The notes under the pieces: model-generated
What the model was told of the DNA's origin: nothing
The model's database searches: none
Seen by the model: the letters and a program-made list of their open reading frames with translations, nothing else
Program-made: the position numbers and the translations under genes
Shown: positions 19,281 to 27,819 of the stretch, one piece after another
Layout: the number at the start of each line of letters is the position of its first letter
Position numbering within the stretch: the first letter of the stretch is position 1
Assembly (NCBI GenBank): GCA_037440225.1
Contig: JBBIUN010000008.1
Coordinates: forward strand, 51,225 to 115,224
Direction of reading: 5' to 3'
From: Gemmatimonadota bacterium
GTDB taxonomy: Bacteria; Gemmatimonadota; Gemmatimonadetes; Gemmatimonadales; GWC2-71-9
DNA: 64,000 nucleotides

Positions 19281-20033
19281 GTGCGCCCCATCGTCACCTT
19301 GCTCACCGATTTCGGCCTGAGCGACAGCTACGTGGCCGAAATGAAGGCTGCCATTCTTTCCGAAGGGACGGACATTCGCTTGGTGGATATCTCCCATCTG
19401 GTGCCGCCGGGCGACATTCGAGCGGCGCAGTACCTCCTCCGGCGCGCCTGGCCCCGGTTTCCGGTGGGCACGGTCCATGTGGTGGTGGTGGATCCCGGCG
19501 TGGGCTCCGGACGGCGCGCGGTGGCGGTGCGCTATCAGGGGCACTTCTTCGTGGGTCCCGACAACGGCGTGTTCACGCCCGTCTTGGACGGCGCCGAGGT
19601 GGTGGAACTCAGGATTCCGCGCGAGGCGTCGCCCACCTTCCACGGCCGGGACGTGTTCGCGCCGGTCGCGGCGCGGTTGGCCGAAGGCGAGCCCTTCCAG
19701 GTGCTGGGGCCGGCGGTAGCAGCCCCGGTTCGCCTGGCCCCGCCCGAGCCGCGGCGCCGGGAGGGAAGGGTGGAGGGCGAAGTGATCTATGTGGACCGCT
19801 TCGGCACGCTCATCTCGAATATCCCGGGTGCCTGGGTGCAGGGTGCGCCTGCCGTGGAGGTCGCCGGCCGGCCTATCGGCCCGCTGCGCCGTACCTTCGC
19901 GGACGTGGAGACCGGCTCGCCGGTCGCGTTCGTCGGCTCGGACGGGATGTTGGAGATCGCGGTGCGGGACGGTTCGGCCCGCGAGCGACTGGGTGCTGGC
20001 GTGGGAGCGGCGGTGGGGGCCCGCCTTACTTGA
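19281..20033 (+). CDS. SAM hydrolase / SAM hydroxide adenosyltransferase family (DUF62)
   Basis: 'VTLLTDFGLSDSYVAEMK', 'VVVDPGVGS.RR', 'FHGRDVFAPVAA' family motifs. GTG start at 19281. Confidence 0.8.
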   Translation: MRPIVTLLTDFGLSDSYVAEMKAAILSEGTDIRLVDISHLVPPGDIRAAQYLLRRAWPRFPVGTVHVVVVDPGVGSGRRAVAVRYQGHFFVGPDNGVFTPVLDGAEVVELRIPREASPTFHGRDVFAPVAARLAEGEPFQVLGPAVAAPVRLAPPEPRRREGRVEGEVIYVDRFGTLISNIPGAWVQGAPAVEVAGRPIGPLRRTFADVETGSPVAFVGSDGMLEIAVRDGSARERLGAGVGAAVGARLT

Positions 20034-20883
20034 CCCACTCCACCTGAACGTCGCCCACGGCCGCCCTGAGGCTGATGCGGAGCTTGGTGGCGGCCGTATC
20101 CCAGTTGGCGGAGTAGTAACTGGCACCCCGCCGGAGCAAGCCCGAGCGATCGAAGGCCGCAAGAAAGCCCTTGAGGTCGGCTTCCACGCCCACCTCCTGG
20201 GGCAGGCGTAAGGTCACCGCGCCCAAGGCCGCCGCGATGTCCACCACGCTGGTCGTTCCCGCCGGCCACTGACCGGTGAGATCCAAGACCACGTTGCCCG
20301 CCGCCCCCTTGACGCCGATGCGCTGGCAGCGGGCATTGCCCAGGCTGCGGGTGGCAAAATCTATGGCGCCGACCTCCAAGGTCAGCTCGCGACAGGTGAC
20401 GGCGTTCGGAGTGCTGAAGCGAAGAGTGGCCTCGCCCGCTCCGGCCTTGATGGTCGCGTCGGTTAGCGAGAGCCCTCCCAGTTCCAACTCCGCAGACCCC
20501 GCTCCAAAACTCACCTCGAGCGAAAGCGGCGTGGCCGGCGAGAAGCTCGCCTCCAGGCGCTGCCGCGTACCGCCGGCGCGCCGGTAGGAGATGCCCCCGC
20601 TGCCGCGCGAGTTCACCCCGAGCCGCACGCGGTGCGCCTGGGGATCGTAGCTGGTGACCGGGTCGAACTGGCCGGCGTCGTACACCAGGCTGTAGCGGTA
20701 CAGGGTGCCCGGCTCCCCCGGCACCAGGCTGAGAGTGCCGGCAGCGAACTCCACCCTGGCCCTGAGTTCGGTTTCTCCGCGCCGCAGCCGCGATCCGCTC
20801 ACCACTCGGTAGTCCTGCGCCGCGACCGTCGAGGCGAGAAGCGCCGTGCCCACCGCCGCGATGGCTCCCAGACGAAGGATCAT
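20026..20883 (-). CDS. secreted toastrack/DUF4097-like (LiaF-C-like) beta-helix protein
   Basis: Signal peptide 'AAVGTALLASTVAAQ'. Repetitive 'G.G...L.L......' strands as in LiaF-C/DUF4097 proteins. ATG 20883 overlaps the upstream stop (ATGA). Confidence 0.6.
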   Translation of the reverse strand: MILRLGAIAAVGTALLASTVAAQDYRVVSGSRLRRGETELRARVEFAAGTLSLVPGEPGTLYRYSLVYDAGQFDPVTSYDPQAHRVRLGVNSRGSGGISYRRAGGTRQRLEASFSPATPLSLEVSFGAGSAELELGGLSLTDATIKAGAGEATLRFSTPNAVTCRELTLEVGAIDFATRSLGNARCQRIGVKGAAGNVVLDLTGQWPAGTTSVVDIAAALGAVTLRLPQEVGVEADLKGFLAAFDRSGLLRRGASYYSANWDTAATKLRISLRAAVGDVQVEWVK

Positions 20884-22118
20884 GTTCCGCTCCGGCCGGA
20901 CTCCGTGCGCGCCGGCACGCCGGACATCCAGATCTGGTCGGGGGCCAGTTCCGCCCGCCGCTCCCCGGACGCTCCCAAGGGGCGGGCGCCGGCCCTGGTG
21001 AGAATGGCCGCCCCGAACCCGGTGGTCACCATCACCCAGGTGAACACGAAAGCGGTGACGAACAAGATGATCCCCGCTACCGGAATCCAGCGGAGCAGCA
21101 CCGCCGGCACCCAAATGATCAGCAGGCCGATCAGGCCGTACACCACGTGCCGGTAGGCGGTCCAGCCTGGGGTATAGGTGCCGTCGTGAGCCCGCCGCGC
21201 CGCGTAGAGTTCGCCCACCACGCGGGCCACAGCCAGGTAGCCGCCCACCAGGGCCGCGGCCACCGCCAGCGCGAAGGCCACCACCGCAACCGGCACCACC
21301 AGGATGCCCACGATGGTGAGCACCAGGCCGATCACCAGAGTGATCAGGGCCGGCAAGAGCAGGGGTTGCGCGAACAGCCCAGCAAAGAAGGAGCGCACCG
21401 GGCTGCGGCGCACCGCCGCGGCCACCACTTCGAGCCGCTGAGGCACGAAGAACAGGGCGCCGAAACCCAGCGAGGCGAGTGCCACCAGCGCGCCGAACAG
21501 GCTGGCGACGTCGGTGGCGAGCCGGCCCAAGGCCAGCCGCGCGCGATTGGACGTTGTGACCGGGACCACTCGGACGAACCGGTTCCGCTCGCTCCCCCGC
21601 ACCGCCCCTTCCTCGGGTGGCGACTGGTTCAGGCTGTCGAAGTTGATCTCCGGGCCCGCCATCAGTTCCCTCAGGCTGGGAACCGGCCCGGACGCCGTGG
21701 GCTTCGCTGGGGGCAGCGCGGCCGTGATGGCCGCTGCCACGGCGGGCGCCTCGGGACCCAAGTCGGGGGCCCGCAAGCCGCGCAGCGCCAGCACGACCTG
21801 AGGGGTCGAGAGCGAGCCGGCCCGAAAGAGCAGGGCCCGCCAGGCATGCTCCAGGGGGCCACCCGCGGCATAACTGGCCGCTGAATCGCCGTTCACCAGC
21901 ACGGTGCCCCGGGCGAACGCGATGCTCACCTGCGAACCGTCGCTCAAGTCCACCACGAGCTTGGCGGACTTGGGGGAGATAGACGTGCTGTGGCCTACCA
22001 GCTCGGGAACCGCTTGAGGGTCCGGGGCCACCCCGGCAGCGGCTGCGGCGGTCGCGGCCGAAAGGCTCGCAGCCAGCCCGGCGCCGAGGATCAGGGTCAA
22101 TCGTCTAGCGCGCCGCAT
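20880..22118 (-). CDS. membrane protein (N-terminal periplasmic domain, C-terminal multi-TM region)
   Basis: Signal peptide, soluble segment, then four or five hydrophobic helices. Overlaps the anti-sigma gene by 14 nt. Confidence 0.55.
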   Translation of the reverse strand: MRRARRLTLILGAGLAASLSAATAAAAAGVAPDPQAVPELVGHSTSISPKSAKLVVDLSDGSQVSIAFARGTVLVNGDSAASYAAGGPLEHAWRALLFRAGSLSTPQVVLALRGLRAPDLGPEAPAVAAAITAALPPAKPTASGPVPSLRELMAGPEINFDSLNQSPPEEGAVRGSERNRFVRVVPVTTSNRARLALGRLATDVASLFGALVALASLGFGALFFVPQRLEVVAAAVRRSPVRSFFAGLFAQPLLLPALITLVIGLVLTIVGILVVPVAVVAFALAVAAALVGGYLAVARVVGELYAARRAHDGTYTPGWTAYRHVVYGLIGLLIIWVPAVLLRWIPVAGIILFVTAFVFTWVMVTTGFGAAILTRAGARPLGASGERRAELAPDQIWMSGVPARTESGRSGT

Positions 22119-22623
22119 ACTTGCGCATCCTTACCGGGGTTCGGGCGATCTGCCAGAGCGCCACGGCGCTCACCGGCGTGGCGAGGCTCGCGGCCAAGAG
22201 CCAGATGGCCATGGCCGGGATCCTGCCGGCTAGTACGTCGCTGAGGACAGCCGCTCCCACCCCTGCGCTTTGGGCGGCGAGCCAATCGAGCAGCCGGTGC
22301 CAGGCCGGAAGGCCGACGGCTGTAAGGGTAGCGGCGAGCCAGGCGCTCAGGGTCTCGAAGTGCCCCGCTGCCCACACCGTGAGGGCCGTGCTCGAAGCGG
22401 CGGCGGTGCCGGAGAGAGCCCCCACGAGCACCGGCCACCGGCGCCGTCGGGCCAGGCGAGCGCCGGGGAGGGGCGCGGCCGGGGCGGGTGTCACGCGAAC
22501 GCGTGCCATGACCCGGTCTGCGAATCCCGGACGGGGAGCGTAGCGGCCCAGCGAGGCCAGGTACCGATCCAGTACCGGGTCGAGGTCGGGCTCGAGCGGG
22601 GGGGTGTTGCGGTGGTCCGTCAT
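22105..22623 (-). CDS. putative anti-sigma factor (membrane protein)
   Basis: Sits directly downstream of the ECF sigma gene. Short cytoplasmic N-terminus 'LDRYLASLGRYAPRPGFADRVMARV' followed by TM helices. Assigned by position only. Confidence 0.55.
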   Translation of the reverse strand: MTDHRNTPPLEPDLDPVLDRYLASLGRYAPRPGFADRVMARVRVTPAPAAPLPGARLARRRRWPVLVGALSGTAAASSTALTVWAAGHFETLSAWLAATLTAVGLPAWHRLLDWLAAQSAGVGAAVLSDVLAGRIPAMAIWLLAASLATPVSAVALWQIARTPVRMRKYAAR

Positions 22624-22660
22624 CTGTGTGACCCCATACGCTAGGTTAAGGGTTCGGGTT

Positions 22661-23263
22661 TCACTCCCGCCATGGGCCCAGCATGGCTTTCAGCTCGGCC
22701 CGAGCGCGGTGGAGATAGGTCTTCACGGTGCCCAGGGGCAAGTCCAGGATCTCGGCGATTTCTTCATAGGAGCGATCCTCGACATGTCGCAAGATGATAC
22801 AGGCGCGATACTCCGGTCTCAGGCGGCTGATGGCTTGCTCGATCAGGCTGCCCAGTTCCCGCGCCTCGAGTTCTTGAAGCGGAGATTCGGCGCGGTCGGC
22901 AAGCTCGAGCGAGCTGGATTCCATCTGATCCGCGGTGGTCGCGTGGGGTGCTCCGTCCACCGACAGCGTCTCCAGTTGGCGCCGGCGCAGGTGATCAATG
23001 GCGGCGTTGTTGGCGATCTTGAAAATCCACGAAGAGAACTTGAACTCCGGGCGATAGGATGCCAGGGCGTTCAAGACCTTGACGAAGGTTTCCTGAGCGA
23101 GGTCTTCAGCCAGCTCCCGGTCGCGGACCATGCGATAGATGAGCGAGAAGACGGGGCGCTCGTAACGCCGGATCAGCTCGCGGTAGGCCGGTTCGCTCCC
23201 GGCGCGAGCCTGCTCGACGACGTCCTGGTCGCTGGCGCTCGAGAAGTCAGGGATCAGCGGCAC
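22661..23263 (-). CDS. ECF-type RNA polymerase sigma-70 factor
   Basis: Region 2 'AYRELIRRYERPVFSLIYRMV.D...AEDL.QETF', 'FSSWIFKIA.N...D.LRR'. Region 4 'SYEEIAEILD.PLGTVK..LHRAR'. Confidence 0.9.
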   Translation of the reverse strand: MPLIPDFSSASDQDVVEQARAGSEPAYRELIRRYERPVFSLIYRMVRDRELAEDLAQETFVKVLNALASYRPEFKFSSWIFKIANNAAIDHLRRRQLETLSVDGAPHATTADQMESSSLELADRAESPLQELEARELGSLIEQAISRLRPEYRACIILRHVEDRSYEEIAEILDLPLGTVKTYLHRARAELKAMLGPWRE

Positions 23264-23277
23264 CTCGACCTGGCCTT

Positions 23278-23305
23278 TTACGAGCGGTAAGCGCAGGACG
23301 TTTCA
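23278..23305 (-). promoter_or_regulatory. possible ECF-type promoter upstream of the sigma gene
   Basis: The minus strand reads TGAAAC-N17-CGTAA, 15 nt before the GTG start. This resembles the GAAC...CGT architecture of autoregulated ECF promoters. Pattern match only. Confidence 0.25.
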
Positions 23306-23356
23306 GCCTGCATCGTTCTTGCGGCAAGTTCAAGCGTATCAGTATCTTTCGGCCCT

Positions 23357-24085
23357 ATGACGCCGGCCCCTTCGACCGCCCGCCCCGAAGCCGGCTCGAA
23401 CCAGCGATCCTATGTCCGCGGCATGTTCAGCGCCATCGCGCCGCGCTACGATTTGCTCAACCACCTGCTGAGCTTCAACCTCGATCGGCGCTGGCGGGCC
23501 CGTGCGGTGGAGCGCCTGGCCTGGCGAGCCGCCCCCGCGGGCCGGTACCTCGACGTGTGCGCGGGCACCTTGGACCTGGGGATCGCGCTGGCCAAGAGCA
23601 GGGGCTTTCGCGGCCGCGTCATCGGCGTGGATTTCGCCCTCCCCATGCTCGACCTAGGCCGAAGGAAGGCTCCCGAGGTGCGGGTCCTGGCGGCGGACGC
23701 GGAACAGTTGCCCTTCGGCGACGCCACGTTCGACGGGTGCATGGTCGCCTTCGGGGTCCGCAACCTCGCCGATCCAGATCGCGGTTTGGGCGAGATGGCC
23801 CGGGTGCTCAAACCCGGGGCCAGCCTCGTGATCCTGGAATTCGCCCTTCCCTCGACCTGGCCGGTACGGCCGCTCTACCTGTGGTACTTCCGGCGCGTGC
23901 TGCCGCGCATCGGCCGGCTGGTGTCCAAACATAGGAGTGCGTATCAGTACCTGCCAGATTCGGTGAGCCGGTTCCTCGATCCGATGGCCTTGAGCCAGCG
24001 GGTGGCGGCTGCCGGGTTTGGAGCGGTGGGATTCGAACCGCTGACGTTCGGCGTGGCGGCGCTCCACTGGGGGCGGCGGCTGTGA
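23357..24085 (+). CDS. ubiE: demethylmenaquinone/ubiquinone methyltransferase UbiE/MenG
   Basis: 'V..MF..IA.RYDLLN...SF...R.WR', SAM motif 'LDVCAGT.DL', 'VAFG.RN' typical of UbiE/MenG. Confidence 0.9.
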   Translation: MTPAPSTARPEAGSNQRSYVRGMFSAIAPRYDLLNHLLSFNLDRRWRARAVERLAWRAAPAGRYLDVCAGTLDLGIALAKSRGFRGRVIGVDFALPMLDLGRRKAPEVRVLAADAEQLPFGDATFDGCMVAFGVRNLADPDRGLGEMARVLKPGASLVILEFALPSTWPVRPLYLWYFRRVLPRIGRLVSKHRSAYQYLPDSVSRFLDPMALSQRVAAAGFGAVGFEPLTFGVAALHWGRRL

Positions 24086-25581
24086 GCCTCGATCGCTTGG
24101 GCGATTTTCTGGCCGCGCTGGAGCGCTCGGGCGAGCTGGTGCGGGTGCGCGAGCCGGTCTCGGTGGTGCGGGAGATTGCCGAGGTGGCCGACCGGTGCAT
24201 GAAATCCCCCGGCGGAGGCCCGGCGCTGCTGTTCGCCCGGCCGACGCTGGCAGACGGCAGCACCTCTCCCATTCCCGTAGGCATCAATCTCTTTGGCTCG
24301 GAGCGCCGCATCAGTCTGGCGCTGGGGGTGCAGAGTCTCGAGGAGATCGCCGAGCGGCTGGCGAAGCTGTTGGCCATCAAGCCGCCTGCGGGATGGCGCG
24401 AGAAGCTGGCCTTGCTTCCCAAGCTGGCGGAGCTGAACCGGTTCGCTCCGCGGACGGCGAGCGGGCGGGCACCGTGCCAGCATATCGTGCTCCGCGGCCG
24501 GGAGCTGGATCTGGGCGCCCTGCCGATCATCACGTGCTGGCCGGAGGATGGAGGCCCCTACATCACGCTGCCGCAGGTGATCACGCAGGATCCGGTGACG
24601 GGGGTACGGAACGTGGGCATGTACCGGGTCCAGGTGCTGGGGCGCGATCTGCTGGCGCTGCACTGGCAGCGGCACAAGGTGGGGGCGGCGCACTGGCGCG
24701 AGATGGCCGCGCGGGGGCAGCGCATGCCGGTGGCCATCGTGTTGGGTGGCGATCCCGCTTCGATCTACGCCGCGTCGGCTCCTCTGCCGCCCAACGTGGA
24801 CGAGTACCTGTTCGCCGGCTTTCTCCGGCGAGAGCCGGTGCGGCTGACCAAGGCCGCCAGCGTGGAGCTGCTGGTCCCGGCCGAGGCGGAGCTGGTGATC
24901 GAGGGCTACGTGGATCCCGCCGAGCCGCTGGTGCTCGAGGGGCCGTTCGGGGACCACACCGGGTTCTATTCGCTGGCCGACTACTACCCTGCCATGCACG
25001 TCACCGCCGTCACCTTCCGGCAGGACCCCGTCTACCCGACGACCATCGTGGGCCGCCCGCCCATGGAGGACTACTATCTGGGCCTTGCTACCGAGCGGAT
25101 TTTCCTGCCCCTGCTCAAGCTTCTGGTGCCGGAGATCGTGGATTATCACATGCCGGCCTATGGGATCTTCCACAACCTGGTGTTCGTCAGCATTCGCAAG
25201 CAGTACCCGGGCCAAGCCTGGAAGGTGATGCACGCGCTCTGGGGCCTGGGATTGATGTCGCTCGCCAAGGTGATCGTGGTCCTCGACCAGGATGTCAACG
25301 TGCGGGATCCCGAAGAGGCGTGGTGGGTGGCGCTCAATCACATAGACCCCGAGCGCGACGTCCGGTTTACCCTGGGACCGGTTGACGTGTTGGATCACGC
25401 CTCGAGAGCCTTCACCTATGGCTCCAAGATGGGGATTGACGCCACCACCAAGTGGAAAGAAGAGGGCTTCACGCGGGAGTGGCCCCGCCGGATCGTGATG
25501 GACGCCGATACCAAGGCCCGGGTGGATGCCCTGTGGGACAAGCTCGGGATCGCACTCCCCGGCACGAGGCCGCTCCTGTGA
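24082..25581 (+). CDS. UbiD-family (prenyl-FMN dependent) decarboxylase
   Basis: 'L..LE..GEL.R....V', 'N.GMYR.QV', 'GPFGDHTGFY', 'IDAT.K' UbiD motifs. GTG 24082 overlaps the ubiE stop (GTGA). Confidence 0.9.
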   Translation: MSLDRLGDFLAALERSGELVRVREPVSVVREIAEVADRCMKSPGGGPALLFARPTLADGSTSPIPVGINLFGSERRISLALGVQSLEEIAERLAKLLAIKPPAGWREKLALLPKLAELNRFAPRTASGRAPCQHIVLRGRELDLGALPIITCWPEDGGPYITLPQVITQDPVTGVRNVGMYRVQVLGRDLLALHWQRHKVGAAHWREMAARGQRMPVAIVLGGDPASIYAASAPLPPNVDEYLFAGFLRREPVRLTKAASVELLVPAEAELVIEGYVDPAEPLVLEGPFGDHTGFYSLADYYPAMHVTAVTFRQDPVYPTTIVGRPPMEDYYLGLATERIFLPLLKLLVPEIVDYHMPAYGIFHNLVFVSIRKQYPGQAWKVMHALWGLGLMSLAKVIVVLDQDVNVRDPEEAWWVALNHIDPERDVRFTLGPVDVLDHASRAFTYGSKMGIDATTKWKEEGFTREWPRRIVMDADTKARVDALWDKLGIALPGTRPLL

Positions 25582-26537
25582 AGGGCAAGACTCAGGTCCG
25601 CCGCGCAGGGCTCGAGCCGGTGCTGAGGCCGGAGGAGGGCGCGGCCGCCGGGCGGGACGGTCAGATCTTCACCGGCGAGTCGCTCTTGGTCCGGTACATC
25701 AACCTGGTCAAGCTGCCGCACACTGTCTTTGCGCTGCCCTTTGCGCTGCTGGGCGTGGTGTACGCCTCGCGCACCGCGCCCGTCACCTGGCGGCAGGTGG
25801 TCTTGATCGTGGTGGCGTTTACCGCGGCGAGGTTTGCGGCCATGGGATTCAACCGCATCGTGGACCGAGAGTTGGATGCGCTGAACCCGCGCACCCGGAG
25901 CCGCGAGCTTCCTGCGGGGCGCCTCACCGTACGGGCGGCTGCCGCGGCGGTCGCGGCGGGGGCCCTGGTGTTCGTCGCGGCTGCAGGCCTGCTCAACCGG
26001 CTCTGCTTGGTACTGAGCCCTCTCGCCTTGATCTGGATCCTGGCCTACAGCTACACCAAGCGCTGGACGCATTGGTCCCATTTCTGGTTGGGGGCTTCGC
26101 TGGCCATCGCGCCCGTGGGCGGATTTCTGGCCGTGGCCGGGCGCTGGAGCGAGCCCGGCTGGCCGCTCGTGACGCTGGCCCTGGCCGTGGTGGCCTGGGT
26201 GGCGGGCTTCGATATCCTGTACGCGCTGCAGGACGAGGCCTTCGACCGCGTGCAGGGCCTGAAAAGCGCGGTAGTGGCATTGGGGCGCCCGAGGGCGATT
26301 GCCGCCGCGCGGCTGGCGCACGTGGCGACGGTGCTCTTGCTCGCCGCGTTCGGGGCGGGTGCCGGTTTCAGAGCACCGTACTTTGCGGGCGTCGTGATCG
26401 CAGCGTGGCTTCTGGCCTTCGAGCACCGGCTGGTCCGGCCGGACGATTTGCGCCGCTTGGACGCGGCCTTCTTCACCATGAACGGCGTACTGAGCGTCGT
26501 GGTCTTCCTAGCCGCCCTGGCGGATCGCTGGTTATGA
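25578..26537 (+). CDS. UbiA-family aromatic prenyltransferase
   Basis: 'LVKLPHTVFALPFAL', 'NRIVDRELD' (NxxxDxxxD), 'YALQDEAFD' second Asp-rich motif, eight or nine TM helices. GTG 25578 overlaps the upstream stop. Confidence 0.85.
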   Translation: MKGKTQVRRAGLEPVLRPEEGAAAGRDGQIFTGESLLVRYINLVKLPHTVFALPFALLGVVYASRTAPVTWRQVVLIVVAFTAARFAAMGFNRIVDRELDALNPRTRSRELPAGRLTVRAAAAAVAAGALVFVAAAGLLNRLCLVLSPLALIWILAYSYTKRWTHWSHFWLGASLAIAPVGGFLAVAGRWSEPGWPLVTLALAVVAWVAGFDILYALQDEAFDRVQGLKSAVVALGRPRAIAAARLAHVATVLLLAAFGAGAGFRAPYFAGVVIAAWLLAFEHRLVRPDDLRRLDAAFFTMNGVLSVVVFLAALADRWL

Positions 26538-26737
26538 GCAAAGGGGCCGGGGGCCAGGGCGGCGGAGCCGGGAGTGCGAGCAAGCCCTTGCCGGGCAAAA
26601 CGATTGCCGAACCGGCCCGGAAGCGCGGCGGCAAAGGCTCGGGCTTGCCCGGAAGCCGGCTGCCGCGGAGGCCGCTTCCGGCAGGTCCGGTCCGCCACCC
26701 ACACCATGTCCCCACACCCAACCGGAGAGGCCGGTGA
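26534..26737 (+). CDS. possible 67-aa Gly/Arg/Pro-rich basic peptide
   Basis: This ORF exactly fills the UbiA-UbiX gap. Its ATG overlaps the UbiA stop (ATGA) and its stop overlaps the ubiX GTG (GTGA). No recognisable family and low complexity, so it could be spurious in GC-rich DNA. Confidence 0.3.
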   Translation: MSKGAGGQGGGAGSASKPLPGKTIAEPARKRGGKGSGLPGSRLPRRPLPAGPVRHPHHVPTPNRRGR

Positions 26738-27324
26738 ACCGGCTGCCATGGGTGCTCGCTGTGACCGGCGCTTCCGGGGGCCCGTATGCGGTGCGGCTGC
26801 TCGAGGTGCTGGCCCGCGCCAAAGTACCGTTGTGGTTGATCATCTCGCGGCACGGCTGGCGGCTCTTGGAGATGGAGACGGGAATCGCCTCGGATGCGGA
26901 ACTCAGGCGGGCCACGGGCGGCGACTGGAGTTCGATCACCGCCTTCGACGACGCCGACCGCGGAGCGCTGCCGGCTTCGGGGTCCGCCCGCAGCGCGGGG
27001 ATGGTCATTTGTCCCTGCTCCATGGGTACCGTGGCGGCCATTGCTCACGGCACCAGTCGTTCCCTGATCGAGCGGGCGGCGGACGTGGCGCTCAAGGAGC
27101 GGCGGCCGCTGATCCTGGTCCCCCGGGAAACTCCCCTCTCCCTGGTGCACCTGCGCAACCTCACCGCCGCCGCCGAGGCGGGGGCCACCATCGTGCCGGC
27201 GGCGCCGGGGTTCTACCACCGGCCCAGCCTGGTGGAACACCTGGTGGATTTCATCGTCCAGCGCGTGCTCGATCACATGGGAGTGGAGGCCGAACTCGCG
27301 CCCCGCTGGACGGGACGTGCCTGA
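26734..27324 (+). CDS. ubiX: flavin prenyltransferase UbiX
   Basis: 'AVTGASGGPYAVRLLEVL', 'MVICPCSMGT.AAIAHG', 'LILVPRETPLS..HL.N' UbiX/Pad1 motifs. Confidence 0.9.
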   Translation: MNRLPWVLAVTGASGGPYAVRLLEVLARAKVPLWLIISRHGWRLLEMETGIASDAELRRATGGDWSSITAFDDADRGALPASGSARSAGMVICPCSMGTVAAIAHGTSRSLIERAADVALKERRPLILVPRETPLSLVHLRNLTAAAEAGATIVPAAPGFYHRPSLVEHLVDFIVQRVLDHMGVEAELAPRWTGRA

Positions 27325-27339
27325 GTCGCCAGGCTCCGC

Positions 27340-27819
27340 ATGCGCCTCGGCGTGATCTCGGATACCCACGGCCTGTTGCGGCCCCAAGTGCTGGAGCTGT
27401 TCCGAGGAGTGGACCACATTCTCCACGCCGGCGACGTGGGCTCGGTAGAGCTGTTGGATCGGCTGGCTGCGCTGGCGCCGGTGACCGCGGTGTACGGGAA
27501 CGTGGATGGCATGGCGGTGCGGGCGCGCTGTCCTCGCGTGGCGCGTATCGAGCCGGAGGGATGCATCGTCGTGGTGACGCATGGGGATCAATTCGGGTCG
27601 CCCACGCCCGAGATCCTGCACCGGGAATTTCCCGGCGCCGAAGTCCTGGTCTTCGGGCACACCCACCGGCCCCTGCTCGAGTTAGTAGGGGGAACGGTCA
27701 CGGTGATGAATCCCGGCGCCGCCGGCGCGGCGCGGTTTGGCCTGGCGCCGTCGGTCGGCATCATGGAGTTCGAGCCCGGACTTCCCCCCCGGGCGCGGCT
27801 GGTGCCGCTCGCACCGTGA
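27340..27819 (+). CDS. YfcE/MJ0936-family metallophosphoesterase
   Basis: 'ISDTHG', 'HAGD', 'GN.D', 'THGD', 'GHTH' motifs in a 159-aa protein. Confidence 0.85.
   Translation: MRLGVISDTHGLLRPQVLELFRGVDHILHAGDVGSVELLDRLAALAPVTAVYGNVDGMAVRARCPRVARIEPEGCIVVVTHGDQFGSPTPEILHREFPGAEVLVFGHTHRPLLELVGGTVTVMNPGAAGAARFGLAPSVGIMEFEPGLPPRARLVPLAP

Noticed and set aside
27781-27790. C7 homopolymer near the 3' end of the YfcE-like gene as a possible phase-variation site.
   Set aside because: The run is short, lies in frame (codes LPP), sits in a non-surface housekeeping-type gene, and has no supporting context.
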